From positions 1 to 35,017 of the IMG/VR virus record IMGVR_UViG_3300024232_000045: DNA of 35,017 bases; one strand, written 5' to 3'. This stretch comes from a virus (lineage: Duplodnaviria; Caudoviricetes). Shown one piece after another: positions 31,559-35,017 of this stretch. The position numbers and the translations under genes were made by a program. Under the pieces are notes generated by a model. It searched no databases and was not told the origin of the DNA. It saw only the letters and a list, made by a program, of their open reading frames with translations. Numbering within the stretch: position 1 is the stretch's first letter; each line of letters begins with the position of its first letter.

Positions 31559-34500
31559 ATGCTTACTAAACAAAGCTTGGACATAAATTTTGCCCAAGGT
31601 CTGGACACAAAGACGGACCCCTGGCAAACGGATCCGAATACATTTCTCTTGCTAGAGAATAGCGTCTTTACGACTGGAAAACGCCTCACCAAAAGAAACG
31701 GATATCAGCAACTAACCAACCTACCCAATACTTCGTCTACCTATCTTACGACGATAAATGACAACCTGACCGCTATTGGCGATAGTATCTATGCCTACAA
31801 TCAATCGGATAAGACGTGGGTTTCTAAAGGCTCTATTCAGCCAATGGAAGTCGATACCCTTCCCCTAATCCGAAATAATATCAATCAAACCCAATGCGAC
31901 GCAGTGGTTGCGCCTAATGGCCTTGTGTGCACGGTCTATACCGAAGTGAATGGGGCGACTACTGATTACCGTTACGCCATCGCAAACTCGGTGACCGGCC
32001 AAAACATTGTTGCCCCATCTCCCATTCCGGTTACGTCGGGAACGGTATCGGGGCCACGGGTATTTCTACTTGGTAACCGATTTGTTATCGTTTTCACAAA
32101 CCTAATCACCGCAACAAATCATCTTCAATACGTCGCTATTTCGACGATTGATCCGACTAATATCACGATCAACGCCGATATCGCGGCAAGCTACGTTCCA
32201 AAGACCACCGTTTCGTGGGACGGTATCGTCATTAATGAAAACCTTTATATCGCTTACAACACCACTTCGGGCGGCCAAGCAATCAAGGTTACCTATATCT
32301 CTAGCGGCCTAGGTGCCCCCGTATCCCCCCGAACGTTTGCAGGCTCTATTGCGACAATGGTTACGATGGCGGCCGACTTAACTAATCCTTCATCGCCACA
32401 AATCTATATCAGCTTTTACGATTTACCGTCGACTACCGGGTTTACGGCGAGTGTAGATCAGAACCTAAACGTTATCTTTAACCCGCAACAAATCATTTCC
32501 TCGGGCACTATTTTAAATCTAGCCTCCGCCGCGCAAAAAGGATCCGTCCTAGTCTTTGAAGAGGTCTCAAATAACTATAGTTATGATTCGGCAATACCCA
32601 CCCATTACATCGAAGGGGTAACTGTTTCAGCAAGTGGAGCGGTGGGAACGCCCTATACCGTGGTTCGTAGCGTAGGCCTTGCCTCGAAAGCCTTCATTGT
32701 AGATGAATTGATTTACTTTCTCGCGGCTTATCAAAGCCCTTACCAGCCGACGTATTTCCTTATTAATGGTTCGGCGAGTGTACAAACGGCTCCCATTGTA
32801 TCGGGTAAGCTTGCCTATCAAAATGGGGGCGGATACCTAACGCTTGGGCTACCAGGAGTAACGGTTACTAGCTCTAACATCGCCCAAGTCGCCTACCGCT
32901 ATAAAGACCTAATCACGTCGGTTAATAAAGCAACCAATCCACCGTCGGGAACCCAAACGGCAGGCGTTTACTCCCAAACCGGAATTAATCTTGGCACGTT
33001 TACGATTGGTACCCAGAATATTGATACCGCTGAAATCGCAAGCACGCTCAATATCTCGGGCGGTTTCTTATGGATGTACGATGCGTATCTACCGGTAGAG
33101 CAGAATTTCTTTCTCTATCCCGATAGCGTGGAAGTCGCGGGCTCTGGAACGTCTGGCAGCATGACGGCCCAACAATACTTCTACCAAGTAACGTACGAAT
33201 GGACGGATAACCAAGGGAATGCGCATAAGTCTGCCCCATCTATTCCGGTTACGGTAACACTGACATCCGATACGTCGGTAGACGTACATGTTCCGACGTT
33301 GCGATTGACCTATAAGATTGCAAACCCGGTTAAGATTGTTATTTACCGCTGGTCCGTCGCACAACCGGTCTATTATCAGACTACGTCCATTTCGACAGCG
33401 ACATTGAATGATCTAACTACCGACCAAATCGTCTTTAACGATAAGAACACCGATGCAACTATCCTAGGTAATAGCATTCTCTACACTACCGGTGGCGTAG
33501 TGGAAGATGTAAACGCACCCGCTAGTAACGTTCTTACGTTATTCGACGATAGATTGTGGCTAGTGGATGCGGAAGACCGGAACTTACTTTGGTTCTCAAA
33601 ACAAGTAATCGAAGCAACGCCCGTCGAAATGAGCGACCTACTTACCTTTTACGTTGCTCCAACCCAAGGCGCGCAAGGAAGTACGGGGCCGATTACAGCC
33701 CTCGCCCCCATGGACGATAAGCTTATTATCTTTAAAGAGAACGCGATTTATTACATCAACGGCACAGGACCCGATAATACCGGCGCCAATGGTCAGTACT
33801 CACAACCCATATTCATTACGGCAACTGTTGGTTGCCGCAACCAACAATCGATAGCCTTCCAACCCGCTGGCCTTATGTTTGATAGCGGGAATAAGGGGCG
33901 TTGGCTCTTAGGGCGAGACCTCTCCACGTCTTATATCGGGGCACCGGTAGAAGGATTTAATTCCTCGGTTACGACGAGCGCTATTAATGCGCCTGGCACC
34001 AACCAAATTCGGTTCACCATAAGCACCGGTGAAACGTTGATGTTTGATTATTACTATAGCCAGTGGGGGACCTTTACCGGGGTGCCTGCGATTAGCTCTT
34101 GCGTCTATCAAGGGCTTCATACGTTCTTAAATCGATTCGGTGAAGTGTACCAAGAAAGTCCGGGGTTCTATCAAGACGGTAGTAACCCGGTTCTTATGTC
34201 GTTTACGACAAGTTGGTTTAGCCTCTCTGGGATTCAAGGTTATCAGAGAGCATATTGGTTTTACTTGCTTGGGCAGTATCTTACGCCACATAAATTGCAG
34301 ATTTCGGTGGCGTACAATTTTAATCCGTCGCCTACACAAACGTCGCTTATCTCGCCGATAAATTTCTCGCAAGTGTTTGGTGGACCAAATCCTAATCCAG
34401 GGGATGGGACGGATTCGGCGGATCCGTTTGGCCAGGGCTCTCCCTTTGGTGGTCCCGATGCAGTCGAGCAATGGCGCGTCTTTTTGACTAAGCAGCGCTG

Positions 34501-34660
34501 CCAGTCGATTCAACTTAGTTTACAAGAAATTTATGATCCAACCTTCGGCGTTCCCGCCGGCCAAGGTCTATCCCTATCCGGCATAAAACTAACCTTCGCT
34601 AGCAAGAAATCGTTCCGTCCAATGCCGGCTCGTCAGTCGATTGGTGGTGGCACGGCATGA
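31559..34660 (+). CDS. Tail nozzle / tail tubular protein B-like (P22 gp10/T7 gp12-like)
   Basis: 1033-aa beta-rich protein with 'F.QGLDTKTDP...LLENSV...LTKRNG' start and propeller-like 'DRLWL...LWFS...GPITALAPMDDKLIIFKE'; followed by a GNAT. Confidence 0.78.
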   Translation: MLTKQSLDINFAQGLDTKTDPWQTDPNTFLLLENSVFTTGKRLTKRNGYQQLTNLPNTSSTYLTTINDNLTAIGDSIYAYNQSDKTWVSKGSIQPMEVDTLPLIRNNINQTQCDAVVAPNGLVCTVYTEVNGATTDYRYAIANSVTGQNIVAPSPIPVTSGTVSGPRVFLLGNRFVIVFTNLITATNHLQYVAISTIDPTNITINADIAASYVPKTTVSWDGIVINENLYIAYNTTSGGQAIKVTYISSGLGAPVSPRTFAGSIATMVTMAADLTNPSSPQIYISFYDLPSTTGFTASVDQNLNVIFNPQQIISSGTILNLASAAQKGSVLVFEEVSNNYSYDSAIPTHYIEGVTVSASGAVGTPYTVVRSVGLASKAFIVDELIYFLAAYQSPYQPTYFLINGSASVQTAPIVSGKLAYQNGGGYLTLGLPGVTVTSSNIAQVAYRYKDLITSVNKATNPPSGTQTAGVYSQTGINLGTFTIGTQNIDTAEIASTLNISGGFLWMYDAYLPVEQNFFLYPDSVEVAGSGTSGSMTAQQYFYQVTYEWTDNQGNAHKSAPSIPVTVTLTSDTSVDVHVPTLRLTYKIANPVKIVIYRWSVAQPVYYQTTSISTATLNDLTTDQIVFNDKNTDATILGNSILYTTGGVVEDVNAPASNVLTLFDDRLWLVDAEDRNLLWFSKQVIEATPVEMSDLLTFYVAPTQGAQGSTGPITALAPMDDKLIIFKENAIYYINGTGPDNTGANGQYSQPIFITATVGCRNQQSIAFQPAGLMFDSGNKGRWLLGRDLSTSYIGAPVEGFNSSVTTSAINAPGTNQIRFTISTGETLMFDYYYSQWGTFTGVPAISSCVYQGLHTFLNRFGEVYQESPGFYQDGSNPVLMSFTTSWFSLSGIQGYQRAYWFYLLGQYLTPHKLQISVAYNFNPSPTQTSLISPINFSQVFGGPNPNPGDGTDSADPFGQGSPFGGPDAVEQWRVFLTKQRCQSIQLSLQEIYDPTFGVPAGQGLSLSGIKLTFASKKSFRPMPARQSIGGGTA

Positions 34661-34986
34661 AACTCTATGCCCAATACTTAAAGGAACACCATGGGGACGA
34701 GATTGTCTTCACTGATAAGGGATTTGCTACTTATCGCTACATTAGCGACGATACTGTTTATATCGTCGATATTTACGTCCTACCAGAATTCCGAAAATCC
34801 AAGGAAGCCTCTCTAATGGCGGATGAAATTATTGCCTTAGCAAAGGCGCGCGGTTGTAAGAAAATGATTGGGACCGTAGTACCCGCTGCCCGCAACTCTA
34901 CCGACAGTGTGAACGTTTTATTGCGATACGGAATGACGTTATCGCATATCGACGGCGGATTAGTCGTCTTCAGAAAGGATATCTAA
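34657..34986 (+). CDS. GNAT family acetyltransferase (post-nozzle position)
   Basis: 'VYIVDIYVLPEFRKSKEAS...AKARGC' GNAT core. Confidence 0.75.
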   Translation: MKLYAQYLKEHHGDEIVFTDKGFATYRYISDDTVYIVDIYVLPEFRKSKEASLMADEIIALAKARGCKKMIGTVVPAARNSTDSVNVLLRYGMTLSHIDGGLVVFRKDI

Positions 34987-35017
34987 TGGGGGCGATAGGT
35001 GGGCTCTTAGGTCTTGG
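34986..35017 (+). CDS. Start of a 3'-truncated protein (MGAIGGLLGL...), probably an internal virion protein
   Basis: TAATG coupling; Gly-rich hydrophobic N-terminus typical of ejection proteins. Confidence 0.5.
   Translation, partial: MGAIGGLLGL

Larger units (their letters stand above)
1..35017. mobile_element. Tailed dsDNA phage genome segment (podovirus-like morphogenesis module)
   Basis: Terminase, portal, scaffold, capsid, adaptor, nozzle-like and tail-fibre genes, endolysin, ERF and VRR-NUC are present. Genes are densely packed with overlapping start/stop codons. No cellular housekeeping genes, and no tail sheath, tail tube or tape measure gene seen. Confidence 0.95.

Noticed and set aside
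1329-34513. Many short antisense or alternate-frame ORFs in the ORF track (e.g. 1329..1616, 9070..9384, 16196..16678, 22926..23300, 26420..26779, 34127..34513)
   Set aside because: They lie within or across well-supported genes and lack RBS or motifs, so they are treated as shadow ORFs.
1-35017. Stop-codon reassignment or diversity-generating retroelement
   Set aside because: Core genes are intact under the standard code with high coding density. No reverse transcriptase is present, and the fibre repeats are N-terminal with differences not restricted to adenines.

Overview
The window is most of the genome of a tailed dsDNA phage with podovirus-like (P22/T7-type) morphogenesis genes. It begins inside one gene and ends at the start of another, both probably in the internal/ejection-protein block. 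Order: tail-fibre modules (0.9-4.8 kb); lysis region with an M15A endolysin and a papain-like lipoprotein (4.8-7.3 kb); a leftward early operon (11.6 to 7.4 kb); rightward regulatory, replication and accessory genes (11.8-18.6 kb); terminase; portal, scaffold and major capsid protein; adaptor, tail fibre, nozzle and a GNAT. The most striking element is the leftward operon. It encodes a 67-aa ubiquitin-like protein ending Gly-Gly-Arg, a JAB/JAMM protease and a multi-domain E1/ThiF enzyme, followed directly by an ERF recombinase, with no recognisable E2 or sulfur-acceptor enzyme. Other points of interest are an orphan IS66 TnpA/TnpB-like pair without a transposase, a conserved motif (TCCGCCATTYTTGACC) ahead of three structural gene blocks, a four-way-junction RNA candidate after the capsid gene, and two nearly identical sigma70 promoters driving moron-like genes. 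All family calls come from motif recognition by eye; no database searches were run. No integrase, DNA polymerase, helicase, tRNA or CRISPR array was recognised.
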